Shown here one piece after another: positions 1 to 10,034 of a stretch of DNA of 64,000 nt. The DNA comes from Phycisphaeraceae bacterium (GTDB lineage: Bacteria > Planctomycetota > Phycisphaerae > Phycisphaerales > Phycisphaeraceae). Made by a program: the position numbers and the translations under genes. Numbering within the stretch: the first letter of the stretch is position 1; every line of letters begins with the position of its first letter. The notes beneath the pieces are model-generated. The model was not told the DNA's origin. It did no database searches and saw only the letters and a program-made list of their open reading frames with translations. Location: assembly GCA_963674705.1 (NCBI GenBank), contig OY771506.1, forward strand, positions 2,752,001 through 2,816,000. Reading direction: 5' to 3'.

Positions 1-126
1 CGAGGTGCCCGTGCAATGGGTTTCGCAGCCGGTCGACCTGAAGTCATTCGACTTAACCCAGCAGCCCGATCCGCCATTCGGGCGTTACTTTGAACGGATG
101 AACAACATGGAACAAGGGGTTCAGCA

Positions 127-909
127 ATGAGGTATTCAATCGCTTTCGGATGGTTCGTTGCGTTGGTGGTGTTATGTACTTCGAATGTGGCCGTTCTCGC
201 GCAGGAGAATGCCGAGGCAACAATTGAGCCGTCAACCTCCAGACAAAAAACCTACGTCGTCGAATGGCGGATTACGCAACTTAACGCCTCGATCAGTGGG
301 CAGACCTCACTTACCGAGGATATTGGCCTGCGTGATGAGCAAGGCCACCTTGTCGCGATGTCAGGCCCTTTTACGTTTTTTACACAGGCGGACCTGACCG
401 TCGGGGATATGGCATTCAAGTTTGATCAAAATGGAGAGAAGTGGGACGGCCAGAAGATGCCCACCCATTTTGACCAGGCGAAGGTGTTGACTACGCCTAT
501 GGTGGTAACCCTGCCGGACCATGAATCGGCCATATTTATCGGTGGAACCGAGGCATTTCAATATATGCAGCGTCAAGCGGACGGGCGGTTTGCGCTTGAC
601 AGCGTGGCCTTGGAAGTGGGGATCAAGATTGCGTTTAAGGTAATCCCCGAAAAGGATAAGTGGGTGAGGTTGTCACCGCTGGTGATACAGGTCTGCTCGG
701 TACAGGATCGTGAACCTATCGATGGTGTGGACCTGAATATCGGAAAGCCAATCGTGACTAAGGAGGAATCTGAGTTGGATCTGATGGTCGAGAAAGGCAG
801 GCCCTACGGCATCCAATGGCGGACCCATGGTCGTGGCGTGCTGTTGATCACGCTGAAAGTCACAGAGGTTGATGAACCGGAGAAGTCGCAAACCGAACCA
901 GGCCGCTAA
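127..909 (+). CDS. Secreted hypothetical protein, weak similarity to secretin C-terminal region
   Basis: 260-aa ORF with N-terminal signal peptide. VLTTPMVVTLPDHESAIFIGG...EVGIKIAFKV resembles secretin beta-strands. Confidence 0.45.
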   Translation: MRYSIAFGWFVALVVLCTSNVAVLAQENAEATIEPSTSRQKTYVVEWRITQLNASISGQTSLTEDIGLRDEQGHLVAMSGPFTFFTQADLTVGDMAFKFDQNGEKWDGQKMPTHFDQAKVLTTPMVVTLPDHESAIFIGGTEAFQYMQRQADGRFALDSVALEVGIKIAFKVIPEKDKWVRLSPLVIQVCSVQDREPIDGVDLNIGKPIVTKEESELDLMVEKGRPYGIQWRTHGRGVLLITLKVTEVDEPEKSQTEPGR

Positions 910-1044
910 CCTCTCCCGGGAATGAACATGTCTGATGATCAGCGGTGTAGTTGATCGCGATCAAGTCTTCAGAAGCCGAGGTGCCTGAATCGTCCGATAA
1001 CAACTAAGTTGCTTGCATGCACCATCCCCCAGCCGAAATGAATA

Positions 1045-1080
1045 ACGCCTGCCCAGGTAAGTGGGGCAGGCGCTTTTTTA
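1045..1080. terminator. Intrinsic terminator hairpin, probably bidirectional
   Basis: ACGCCTGCCC-aggtaagtg-GGGCAGGCG followed by CTTTTTT. Confidence 0.7.
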
Positions 1081-1114
1081 ATCAACCTGTTAGGATCGGG
1101 TCCCGTTCGTCGAT

Positions 1115-1210
1115 CTAGCAAAGGGCCGCGAACGTTAAGAACGCAAGGATGAGGATCTTACGGCGTTTGGCGATCTGATCAGCGTTCATGACAAATACGG
1201 CACTTAACAT
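1115..1210 (-). CDS. Small hydrophobic peptide (31 aa) MLSAVFVMNADQIAKRRKILILAFLTFAALC
   Basis: Translated by hand (below the ORF-track cutoff). GAGGAG RBS 7 nt before ATG, sigma54-like motif upstream, hairpin downstream. Confidence 0.55.
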   Translation of the reverse strand: MLSAVFVMNADQIAKRRKILILAFLTFAALC

Positions 1211-1242
1211 TGGGTATCTCCTCGTAAGGACACTAGGATACC

Positions 1243-1258
1243 ATCAATGGCCGTGCCA
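1243..1258 (-). promoter_or_regulatory. sigma54-like -24/-12 promoter
   Basis: TGGCAC-GGCCA-TTGAT versus consensus TGGCAC-N5-TTGC (one mismatch). Confidence 0.45.
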
Positions 1259-1308
1259 ATGTGGTGTAAAAGCCACGTAAATATTATTAATCCTTATTTG
1301 ACAATAAT

Positions 1309-3429
1309 ATGAAAATTTTGAATCTGGTTCATAACAAGTCCGATAAACGCTGGATGTGGTTTTTGGGCAACAGCAAAACCACTCGTGTGGGGCGTCAGAG
1401 CGTCGTGTGGATGCAACATGCATTATCGGGCCTGGTACTGCTGATGCTGCTGGCTACCACAGCAACCGCCCAGCAACCTCAAGAAAGTCAGATCGAAGCG
1501 CCGCTTCTGGATGTGTCCCATGGCCTGCGGGCCTACCACCTTGTTGAGGACCTGCTCGCGGAGCAGCCTGACCAATCCGTTAATACCAGCCCAATCCCTG
1601 TAACCGGCTTACTCGGCGTCAAACTCACGTTGCGTACCCAAGGCATCGTCGTCGGGCACGGTGAAGCGTACCGGCAGGATATGGGCCTGGAATTGGATCA
1701 GCCCACCGGATCGATCGATCTGGTTCCGCTTATCCGCCAAGCCACGCAGCAAGCCAAGGCCGAGGTGGTTGAAAACCTGAATGATGCTCGGTTGCGGGCG
1801 CTGCTGGAAGGGCGGTCCATCCCGGACCCGGTTGAACTAACCGTGGCCGACGTCCATAGCCGGATCGTCGTGGACCTTGAACTGGCCTACGACCTGCAGC
1901 AGATCAAGATCCCTAATGATGCAAGGCAGGATGCTGTATTTGCTCAGTTTGCCCCGGGCTATCACGGCCTGGCATTTGTTAACCAGGCCACCGGTGCGCG
2001 GGCATGGATCTGGCCCGGTGAAGTCATCGCACGCAATATCGCCCCCGCCAGTCAACTGATGCTCGGGCTTAAGCAGATCGGCATCGACCGTTCATACGTC
2101 AGCCAACTGGCGAAACCCGACGGGCTTGCTCTCGCTCGATTCAAGACGATCCTGCTTGTACGACCGGCACCGGGGAAAGAACCTGTGCGGATCATCCGAA
2201 GCGGTGTCGATTCGCCGCGTTATGCATTGGAAGAGCGGCAACTCGAAAGTATGAGTGACCGCTTGATGCAGCACCTGGTTCAACGCTTTACTTCCGATGC
2301 TCAAATGCGCGGCACGTATCATCCCACCAGTGGCCGGTACGATCCGGATGTCGCAGCCGATGAGCAGGCGGCGCTGGCGTGCTATGCAATCGTGCATCAT
2401 GCGAAGTACCTGACGGACATACGTCCGCTTGCCCAGTCACATCTTGGTCACGCTGGGATCGCTTTGGATGCCGCCACATTGCTTGCAGGCAACGCCTTAG
2501 CCCAACAAGACCCGGACATACGTGTGCTGTCATTAACTTTACTGACCATGCTCGAAGCGCCGCCCGGCACCGCAGACAATGCATTGCGGGATCAGATCGG
2601 TCAACGTTTATTGAAAGAGCTATCGCGTCCGAACAAAGATGCCGAGGACGATTCACAACTTAACAGTGGTGCTTCCGCATTGGCGGCTGCGGCACTGGCG
2701 GGTTGGTATGAAAGAACCCGAAAGCCCGAGGTCGGCCAATTGGTCTCACAACTCATCGATTCGGTCTGGTCTGATGCACAGCCCGTCCCGAGTATCTCTG
2801 CACTGCCGTGGCTCATGCTGGCACAAGAGCAGGTTGGTGACCTGCTGGTCACGGATGATCAGGCACAAACTCACGATCAGCAACTTAAGCAACGTCGAAC
2901 AGTCATCGCCCATGTCATCGATCAATTATGCCAGTATCAGGTGATCGAAAAACCCGAGTTCGGGCCGGATGATGTGATGGGTGGTTTTGTCCTGAGCCCC
3001 GGCCCCGCAGGCAGCCCGCCAAACCCGGATTGGCGTAATGCTCAGCCTTTGATGCTGATTGCGATCGCACTGCGCGACGACGCCCTGACAGCCGACAACG
3101 ACAAACTTGGCTGGATGATTGCCGTGAGTTATTCGGCGCGTTTTGTCGAGCAGTTGATGATGAAGGATGTGAGTTGCTTCTACGTCCGTGATCCCGTCTC
3201 GGCTTTGAGTGGCGTCCGGATGGCGCCGTGGGACAACCGTTTGGCGTTAGCACCCACCGCGATGAGTTTGCTGGCGATCACCGAATTACAGACTTCGTTG
3301 CTGCAGATGCGCGGCGGGCCACCCGTTCAAAATCAAGAAGGTGACGCGAACGACGCACCAGAACAAACGTCAGATGAGATTCAGACAGATAACGCTCCCG
3401 AATCTGTGATCACGCCAAACGGGCCATGA
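1309..3429 (+). CDS. Large exported protein, AMMECR1-like N-terminal region plus helical C-terminal region (start possibly 1411)
   Basis: 706-aa ORF. Signal peptide after M35. GVKLTLR..G..VG.G and FAPGYHGL..WP motifs resemble AMMECR1. Confidence 0.5.
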   Translation: MKILNLVHNKSDKRWMWFLGNSKTTRVGRQSVVWMQHALSGLVLLMLLATTATAQQPQESQIEAPLLDVSHGLRAYHLVEDLLAEQPDQSVNTSPIPVTGLLGVKLTLRTQGIVVGHGEAYRQDMGLELDQPTGSIDLVPLIRQATQQAKAEVVENLNDARLRALLEGRSIPDPVELTVADVHSRIVVDLELAYDLQQIKIPNDARQDAVFAQFAPGYHGLAFVNQATGARAWIWPGEVIARNIAPASQLMLGLKQIGIDRSYVSQLAKPDGLALARFKTILLVRPAPGKEPVRIIRSGVDSPRYALEERQLESMSDRLMQHLVQRFTSDAQMRGTYHPTSGRYDPDVAADEQAALACYAIVHHAKYLTDIRPLAQSHLGHAGIALDAATLLAGNALAQQDPDIRVLSLTLLTMLEAPPGTADNALRDQIGQRLLKELSRPNKDAEDDSQLNSGASALAAAALAGWYERTRKPEVGQLVSQLIDSVWSDAQPVPSISALPWLMLAQEQVGDLLVTDDQAQTHDQQLKQRRTVIAHVIDQLCQYQVIEKPEFGPDDVMGGFVLSPGPAGSPPNPDWRNAQPLMLIAIALRDDALTADNDKLGWMIAVSYSARFVEQLMMKDVSCFYVRDPVSALSGVRMAPWDNRLALAPTAMSLLAITELQTSLLQMRGGPPVQNQEGDANDAPEQTSDEIQTDNAPESVITPNGP

Positions 3430-3460
3430 GCCATAGCACGATCGTTCACATGTACCCCGA

Positions 3461-3910
3461 TCAGCCGGCGGCCTCAATCGCGTTTACTTTTTCCAGGCGT
3501 CGGGCGTGACGTTCTTCATTGGAGAACTTCGCGCCGACGAACGCCTTGACCAACTCGAACGCAAGCGATTCACCGATGATTCTCGATCCCAGGCAGAGCA
3601 CATTCATGTCGTCGTGCTCTACACCTTGCCCCGCCGAGTACGTGTCGTGACACACCGCCGCGCGTACGCCGCGCTGCTTGTTCGCGGCCACACACGCCCC
3701 AACCCCGGAACCGCAAAGCAGCACGCCACGGTTCGCCTGCCCGTGCTGGATCGCCTGCCCGACGTAGCGAGCAAAATCCGGATAGTCATCCTTCGGATCG
3801 AACTCGTGAGCCCCAAGGTCTAATACCTCGTGGCCAAGGCTGCGGATCAACTCGGCAAGAGGTTGTTTGAGAGGGTACCCACCATGATCAGCGGCAATAG
3901 CGATTTTCAT
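3461..3910 (-). CDS. rpiB: Ribose-5-phosphate isomerase B
   Basis: MKIAIAADHGG, DDYPD, CGSGVG, ANK, HDDMNVLCLG, RHARRLEK motifs. Confidence 0.95.
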   Translation of the reverse strand: MKIAIAADHGGYPLKQPLAELIRSLGHEVLDLGAHEFDPKDDYPDFARYVGQAIQHGQANRGVLLCGSGVGACVAANKQRGVRAAVCHDTYSAGQGVEHDDMNVLCLGSRIIGESLAFELVKAFVGAKFSNEERHARRLEKVNAIEAAG

Positions 3911-4257
3911 AATAGTCTGATTCTCTTTGTGCTTATATCCAAACGGTCAACGGCAGCATTATCGCCAGGCCGCACATGATAGCAATCGCGTCCGATAAGT
4001 GCTTGCCTTGGTAGTGCAAGCAGATGTTTCAAACTTCTGTTCCATCGGTGACGGGTGTAGCATTCAGGTTGAGATCGATTAAACCTAACATGAGATTTGC
4101 ACTACAGGTTAACTCCAATCTTGCCGAATTTATCACCGACGCTGAAAGTAAACATGAGAAGCGTCGTGTTGTTTGTTGTGTGTACTGGCGGGGAGACATG
4201 TACCTACACGGACCAGGGCTGTTGTTTTTTTCTTCTTATTGACGTGGAAGGTCGGTA

Positions 4258-5769
4258 ATGGATCATCAATTATTGGGGCGTATTCTTGAATGCGAGCGGT
4301 TGCCAAGTTTCCCGGCGATCGCCGCACGTGTCATCGAGATGTGCAGTGATCATAGCGTGAGTATCCGTGAACTGGGTGAGGTGCTTTCTCACGATACCGC
4401 GATCTCCACCAAGATGCTGCGCACGATCAACAGTAGTTTCTACGGCCTGCGCCACCGGGTGACAACCGTCGAGCGCGCTACCGCCATGCTCGGGATCAGT
4501 GCGGTGAAAATGCTCGCCCTTGGCTTCAGCCTCGTACCACAACTCAAAGGCATGAACGGTGAGGACTTCGATCCCACCATCATCTGGAAACGCAGCCTCT
4601 TTGCATCGGTCGGCGCTCACACCATCGCGCGTGAAGTCAAATTCGATCACCACGAAGAAGCATTCATCGTCGGCCTCCTCCAGGACCTGGGTGTCATCGT
4701 CATGCTGCAGTCGCTGCGCGGCGAATACGTCAAGGTGATCCAGGATGTTATCGCAACACACAGCAAACTCATCACTGTCGAACGTCAACAGCTTCACCTG
4801 GATCACGCTGAAGTCGGCAAAGCCTTGTCGGAAAAATGGGGCCTGCCTGAAATACTCGTATCGTGTATCGGTTCGCACGAGGACCCCGAGAAAGCAGTGC
4901 CCGATTATCTGCCTCTGGTGCAATCGGTTGCTTTAGGCGCCAAGGCTGCGGACTGCTTCATTTGTCCGGAGGAACACCGCACTTCCAGCCTGAAGCAATA
5001 TCTCTACTTTGCCAACAAGTGGTTCGACCTGAACAACGACGTGGCCGGCCAGTACCTGGAGCAGATTCAGGAAGGCACACGTGAGTTGGGCAAACTCTTC
5101 GAAATCGAAAGTACGACAGAACAGTCAGCGTCCGACCTGATGTTGCAGGCCAACGAAGCATTGGCCGATCTCTCTGTGCAATCCATCCAGGAAGCACAGG
5201 AACTCAAGTACGAAAATGAAAACCTCAGCAGCCAGGCTCACTACGATCCGCTGACCAGTATCCTCAACCGTGGGGGTCTGGAACACATGCTCGAAAACGA
5301 ATGTCAGAATGCCTTTGAAACGAGTTCGCCACTGTCTTCAGTTTTCATCGATGCCGACAAGTTCAAGCCAATCAATGACACGTACGGCCATGCCACGGGC
5401 GACAAGGCATTGCAACTGATCGCGGCCTACATGAATGAATGTGCGCCTGAGGCCGGTCGTGTCGGCCGCTACGGCGGTGACGAATTCATGATGATCCTGC
5501 CGGGGATGGATGGTACTCAGGCAGCCGTGATCGCGGAGAAGGTCCGTCAGCGTATCCAGCAAGCCAGGATCGAAATCGAAAGCGGCGAGCAGGTCGGCCT
5601 GACCGTCAGCATCGGGATCTCGAGCTATACCGGATCATACGGCATGATATGCCAGGGCCGTGATCTCAAGAACGCGGCAGACAAAGCAATGTACGCCGCC
5701 AAAGGCGCAGGCGGAAACAAGATCTATCACCTGCCGCCGATCGATCAGCCCCAACAAAAAGCAGGCTGA
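4258..5769 (+). CDS. HDOD-GGDEF diguanylate cyclase
   Basis: N-terminal HDOD (LPSFP, INSSFYG, GLLQDLG, HAEVG..L..KWGLP). Intact GGDEF, no RxxD I-site. Confidence 0.9.
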   Translation: MDHQLLGRILECERLPSFPAIAARVIEMCSDHSVSIRELGEVLSHDTAISTKMLRTINSSFYGLRHRVTTVERATAMLGISAVKMLALGFSLVPQLKGMNGEDFDPTIIWKRSLFASVGAHTIAREVKFDHHEEAFIVGLLQDLGVIVMLQSLRGEYVKVIQDVIATHSKLITVERQQLHLDHAEVGKALSEKWGLPEILVSCIGSHEDPEKAVPDYLPLVQSVALGAKAADCFICPEEHRTSSLKQYLYFANKWFDLNNDVAGQYLEQIQEGTRELGKLFEIESTTEQSASDLMLQANEALADLSVQSIQEAQELKYENENLSSQAHYDPLTSILNRGGLEHMLENECQNAFETSSPLSSVFIDADKFKPINDTYGHATGDKALQLIAAYMNECAPEAGRVGRYGGDEFMMILPGMDGTQAAVIAEKVRQRIQQARIEIESGEQVGLTVSIGISSYTGSYGMICQGRDLKNAADKAMYAAKGAGGNKIYHLPPIDQPQQKAG

Positions 5770-5807
5770 TTCAGTCGGCTGGATACAAATCGGGATGTGC
5801 CCAAGCG

Positions 5808-6236
5808 CTAAATCTTCTTGAGCATGGTGCGGTGTGGCCCACCATGTGGGACGTTGAATTCCTCGGATACCGCTACCCAGCCGAACTTCTCATAAAACTG
5901 GATGGCCGGTACACATGCGTTGCACCACATGTATTGGTACGTGTCGATTTGCCGTAAGCGCATCTCTGCAAATGAGAGCAGCGATCGGCCGATCCCGCCG
6001 CCTTGATACAACGGGTCAACCGCCATCCCGCGCAACTGCCAGGCCGGTTCTCGCGTGAAAGGTCTGTCCAGGATCGTCAGGCAGCCCACCGCGTTCTTAC
6101 CGATCATCGCGCCGATGTGCATCGTCGTCATCTCGGCATCCCCTTCAAAATGCGCGTGCTTGCGGTGCCTGCCCCGGCAAAGGACAGCGTGACGCAGGTC
6201 GATGATCCGATCGACATGAACCAGACGAATTTCCAT
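5808..6236 (-). CDS. GNAT family N-acetyltransferase
   Basis: QLRGMAVDPLYQGGGIG acetyl-CoA motif, WCNA, FYEKFG. Confidence 0.9.
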   Translation of the reverse strand: MEIRLVHVDRIIDLRHAVLCRGRHRKHAHFEGDAEMTTMHIGAMIGKNAVGCLTILDRPFTREPAWQLRGMAVDPLYQGGGIGRSLLSFAEMRLRQIDTYQYMWCNACVPAIQFYEKFGWVAVSEEFNVPHGGPHRTMLKKI

Positions 6237-6294
6237 GTAACTTCTGTTCCTTCAGGCTGGGCCGTGGATGCAGGCCAACCATATTCAAGCATGT

Positions 6295-7311
6295 TTACCC
6301 GCAAGATTCAATCTGCCCCCGCAGGTTATCCAGCACACGTATATTGGACAGGCTGTCTTCGGCCGATATCACTGGTTCTTTGCCGTCCAGCACACACGCG
6401 GCAAAATCATCGGCCTCCATCCCGTACAGCGTGCCTGTAAATGGCACATGTACCTCGCGGGGCCCGGATTGCTTTGTCATCCCGCCATCCTGCCTTGGCG
6501 GCGTCATCGATTCCACGATGTATCCCGCGCCGTCCACCGGAGGTTTCCAGGGTACGGGCACACGGATGTAGCCTTCGTCACCACAGATCAATGCCGCGTT
6601 ATCCGTCTGTACGCTCATCCCACAGCAAAACGACGCGATCACGCCATCTGCATAACGCAGCGTGCCACAGGCGTATTCATCGATACCTGATTCGTGCAAC
6701 TTGGCGGTGCAATGAATCTCATCGGGGTCATGCTTCGTAATAAGTTGTGCGAAGTCCACGCAGTAGCAACCGATATCCATCAAGGCGCCACCCGCCAGTT
6801 CGCGGCTGAAACGGATGTTGCCATCCACCTTCCGCGTGCGGTAACAGAAGCTGGTGCGGATCAGCTTCACACGCCCAATCACGCCGTCACGTATCTCTTT
6901 CAGCACAGCCCTGGTCTGCGGATGAGACCGATACATAAACGCCTCGATCAGCACTCGCCCATGACGCTCTGCCGCAGCGTACATCGCCTCGGCTTCTGAA
7001 CTGCTGCAGGCAATTGGTTTCTCGCATAAGACGTGCTTCCCAGCCTTTAACGCCTTGATCGTCCACTCATGGTGCATCGAATTGGGCAGCGACACATACA
7101 CCGCATCGATATCGGCATCACCGAGTAACGCCTCATAAGTCCCATGCGCGACCGGGATTTTGTATACATCTGCAAATGACTTAGCGGTCTCTGATCGTCT
7201 GGACCCAACCGCCCGGATCACGCTCCGCTGCGATCCCGCGACACCATCGGCAAACTGACGCGCGATGTTCCCTGTCCCGAGTATCCCAAATCGTAATTTT
7301 GCTTCGGCCAT
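6295..7311 (-). CDS. Gfo/Idh/MocA family oxidoreductase
   Basis: GILGTGNIA Rossmann motif, GKHVLCEKP, GGALMDIGCY. Confidence 0.92.
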   Translation of the reverse strand: MAEAKLRFGILGTGNIARQFADGVAGSQRSVIRAVGSRRSETAKSFADVYKIPVAHGTYEALLGDADIDAVYVSLPNSMHHEWTIKALKAGKHVLCEKPIACSSSEAEAMYAAAERHGRVLIEAFMYRSHPQTRAVLKEIRDGVIGRVKLIRTSFCYRTRKVDGNIRFSRELAGGALMDIGCYCVDFAQLITKHDPDEIHCTAKLHESGIDEYACGTLRYADGVIASFCCGMSVQTDNAALICGDEGYIRVPVPWKPPVDGAGYIVESMTPPRQDGGMTKQSGPREVHVPFTGTLYGMEADDFAACVLDGKEPVISAEDSLSNIRVLDNLRGQIESCG

Positions 7312-7405
7312 CCAAGGAGTTTAACCGATCCCCGCCGGCTGAGTGTTTGTTAGAATTAGGCGACACAATGCACCGGTACATGCTTCCATTCTTCAGGACA
7401 CGATT

Positions 7406-8281
7406 ATGACACGCTTTGCCATCTACCTGATTGTTCTCGCTCTGGTCTTCCAATCTGCTCAAGCCGAAGGACCTGTCGTTGAACAGGTTGCGACCGGTTA
7501 TAGCTTCACGGAAGGCCCGGCCGAGGCACCCGATGGCTCGATCTACTTCACGGATATCCCTAATAAACACATCATCCGGTTCGATCCCGTGACTGGTTCG
7601 GCTGAAGTCTTTCGTGAGGATTCAGGGCGAGCCAACGGTTTGATGTTCGATGGACATGGCCGGCTGATCGCGTGTGAAGGCGCAGCCGAGAGCGGTCGGC
7701 GTCGTGTCTCCCGTACAGAACCGGACGGTTCCATCATTACCCTCACCGATCAATGGCAAGGCAAACCACTGAACAGTCCGAACGACCTGGTAATCGATAA
7801 ACACGGCGGGGTCTACTTTACCGATCCACGCTACGGCAACCGCGACGATATGGCACTCGATGTTGAAGCGGTCTACTATCTCAAACCCGACGGAACACTC
7901 ACGCAGATCATCACTGACTTGCAGCGCCCCAACGGCCTGATCCTCTCGCCAGACGAAAAAACACTCTACGTTGCGGACAATGCTGCACAGAAACTCGTCG
8001 CCTACGATATTACCGAACCCGGCAAGCCAACCAACCCCAGACAGTTTTCACAAATGGGTCCGGGTCACGGTGGGGGGTGTGACGGCATGAGCATCGACAA
8101 ACTCGGTCGTGTCTATGCGACCGGCAACGAGGGTGTTTATATCTTTGCGCCCAACGGTGAGCAGGTTGCGTTGGTCAAAACGCCTGAGCGCCCAAGCAAC
8201 TGCACACTCGCCCGAGACGGCAAAACACTCTACATCACCGCACGTACGAGCCTGTACCGCGCGGTGTTGCCATCCAACTGA
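7406..8281 (+). CDS. SMP-30/gluconolactonase/LRE family protein
   Basis: FTEGP, FTDIP, NSPND, RPNGLILSPD, DGMSID motifs; signal peptide. Confidence 0.92.
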   Translation: MTRFAIYLIVLALVFQSAQAEGPVVEQVATGYSFTEGPAEAPDGSIYFTDIPNKHIIRFDPVTGSAEVFREDSGRANGLMFDGHGRLIACEGAAESGRRRVSRTEPDGSIITLTDQWQGKPLNSPNDLVIDKHGGVYFTDPRYGNRDDMALDVEAVYYLKPDGTLTQIITDLQRPNGLILSPDEKTLYVADNAAQKLVAYDITEPGKPTNPRQFSQMGPGHGGGCDGMSIDKLGRVYATGNEGVYIFAPNGEQVALVKTPERPSNCTLARDGKTLYITARTSLYRAVLPSN

Positions 8282-8432
8282 GGTATCACGATAGGGTACT
8301 GCCGCCATTCGCACTTCTTACGATTTCCTGACATGTCATACCTGCGCACGCGGGTACCCACGCGTTTGGATTCATTGGTCGCGTGGGTTGCCGTTTGCAC
8401 GGGAATGACAGTCAGAAGTGATGTGAATGGTT

Positions 8433-9590
8433 TTAGTTGCTGATAACTTCAAGCAGTTTATCCGCGGCCGCCTTCTCGAATCGTTGGCTGCAGAATTTAT
8501 CTCGCAATCGCTTGAAACCTGCGATCTGATCCCTGCGTGCCTGACTGTCGCGTAATAACGGCTCGATCGCACGTACAAGTGCTTCCGGGTCGCCGAAGTG
8601 TGGCATCAGTTCCGGTACGATCCTGCCCATATCCATCGATTCGCTGATCAGGTTCGGCAATGACATCGTGCGTGTATTGATCAGCCATCGGCCGGCCAGT
8701 TCCCATTCGTACCGTTTGACGTTGTAGAACACGGCCATGGGCGTGCCGTGTGCCGCTGCGTGCAGTGAAGCCGTACCCGACACGACCAACGCCGCATCCG
8801 CCCAGTTCAGCACGGCATCGGCATCCCCCGCGAGCATGTGCATCGATCGCGGTAACACGCCCATCGGCGATGACGATTCAATCTGATGCGCGCGAGCCGA
8901 ATCACTGGCGGCGATCACCGCCTTGAGATTCTTATGCGTTGCGTGCAGCCGGCGATATGCGTCCAGCATCGTCGGCCAGTTGTGCTTCACCTCGCCATGC
9001 CTGGACCCGGGCAGCAAGGCCAGCTTGGGCCCTTCCGTCTTGGGCAGGCTGTCCAACGGCGGTGTCTTTTCGGCCGGGACCTGATCGTAAAGTGGGTGGC
9101 CGACAAATGTAGACGGTACACCACGCTCGCCAAACCACTTGGGTTCAAAAGGTTGAAGACAAAGCACGTGATCTGTTAAGCGGCGCAGCTTCTTCACCCG
9201 CCAGGGCGCCCACGCCCACAACTGCGGGGCCACCAGGTGCACGACTTTTGCTTCCGGCTGATAGCGTTTGACCTTGGCACAGATCGACCAGTTCGCTGCC
9301 GGGCTGTCGGTGGGCACGACCGCCGCGATCTTGTTTTGCAGCAGCCACTTTTTCAGCCTGCCCAAGCGCTTGATGTGCGCAATCGCCTGTGTCGCGGCTC
9401 CGGCAAGCATGATGGCTCGGTCGGTTGTCGATTCGATCAACACGGCACCGCTTTTTTGCATCGTCGGGCCGCCCATCGCAAAGATAGGCCGATCCGGTTC
9501 ACGACGCTTCAATTCTGCGATCAAAGCGCCAGCGATGTGATCTCCGCTGTGCTCGAAAGCGGTAAACAAGATGCCGGGTCGTTGCGACAT
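8433..9590 (-). CDS. lpxB: Lipid-A-disaccharide synthase
   Basis: EHSGD, VAPQLWAW, FVGHPL, LLPGSR, SGTASL, SLPNL motifs. Confidence 0.9.
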   Translation of the reverse strand: MSQRPGILFTAFEHSGDHIAGALIAELKRREPDRPIFAMGGPTMQKSGAVLIESTTDRAIMLAGAATQAIAHIKRLGRLKKWLLQNKIAAVVPTDSPAANWSICAKVKRYQPEAKVVHLVAPQLWAWAPWRVKKLRRLTDHVLCLQPFEPKWFGERGVPSTFVGHPLYDQVPAEKTPPLDSLPKTEGPKLALLPGSRHGEVKHNWPTMLDAYRRLHATHKNLKAVIAASDSARAHQIESSSPMGVLPRSMHMLAGDADAVLNWADAALVVSGTASLHAAAHGTPMAVFYNVKRYEWELAGRWLINTRTMSLPNLISESMDMGRIVPELMPHFGDPEALVRAIEPLLRDSQARRDQIAGFKRLRDKFCSQRFEKAAADKLLEVISN

Positions 9591-10034
9591 GGGCGTAGTC
9601 TATGATCTTGACCTGACTTACGCCTGTTTGATGGGCGTCTCTCTTTTGTGATTTAGAAGGATTCTATCCAATCCAGTCGTAATACTTCTCACCCTGTTTG
9701 CATATGATTCTAAATCGCAAATTCCTTGGATATAGCACAGAGATATTTGCGATGCCTGTTATATAGGCATCATTAAAACGTTTAGTCCAGTTCCGCATAC
9801 GACTTACACATAAAAAAACCAGATTGGCTTATGTTCAAAAATCAACACATGTGCACATTACTGTAAAACTCTATTTTAAAGCTAGTTGTAGGGATGCATC
9901 AAAAAAAGATGTTGTTATGATAATTGCGTAGTGCATAATCAACCATTGAACTTTGTCGTCGATCTCTGCGTGTTCTTGGGGAAGTATGGCGTAATCGTGG
10001 ACTAAAATAAGCCGACCTCAGCCCTCAGAACTGA

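Noticed and set aside
1045..1075. ZTP riboswitch suggested by CCTGGGCA on the minus strand
   Set aside because: The upstream GACUGGCG P1 motif is absent; the sequence is explained as a terminator stem.
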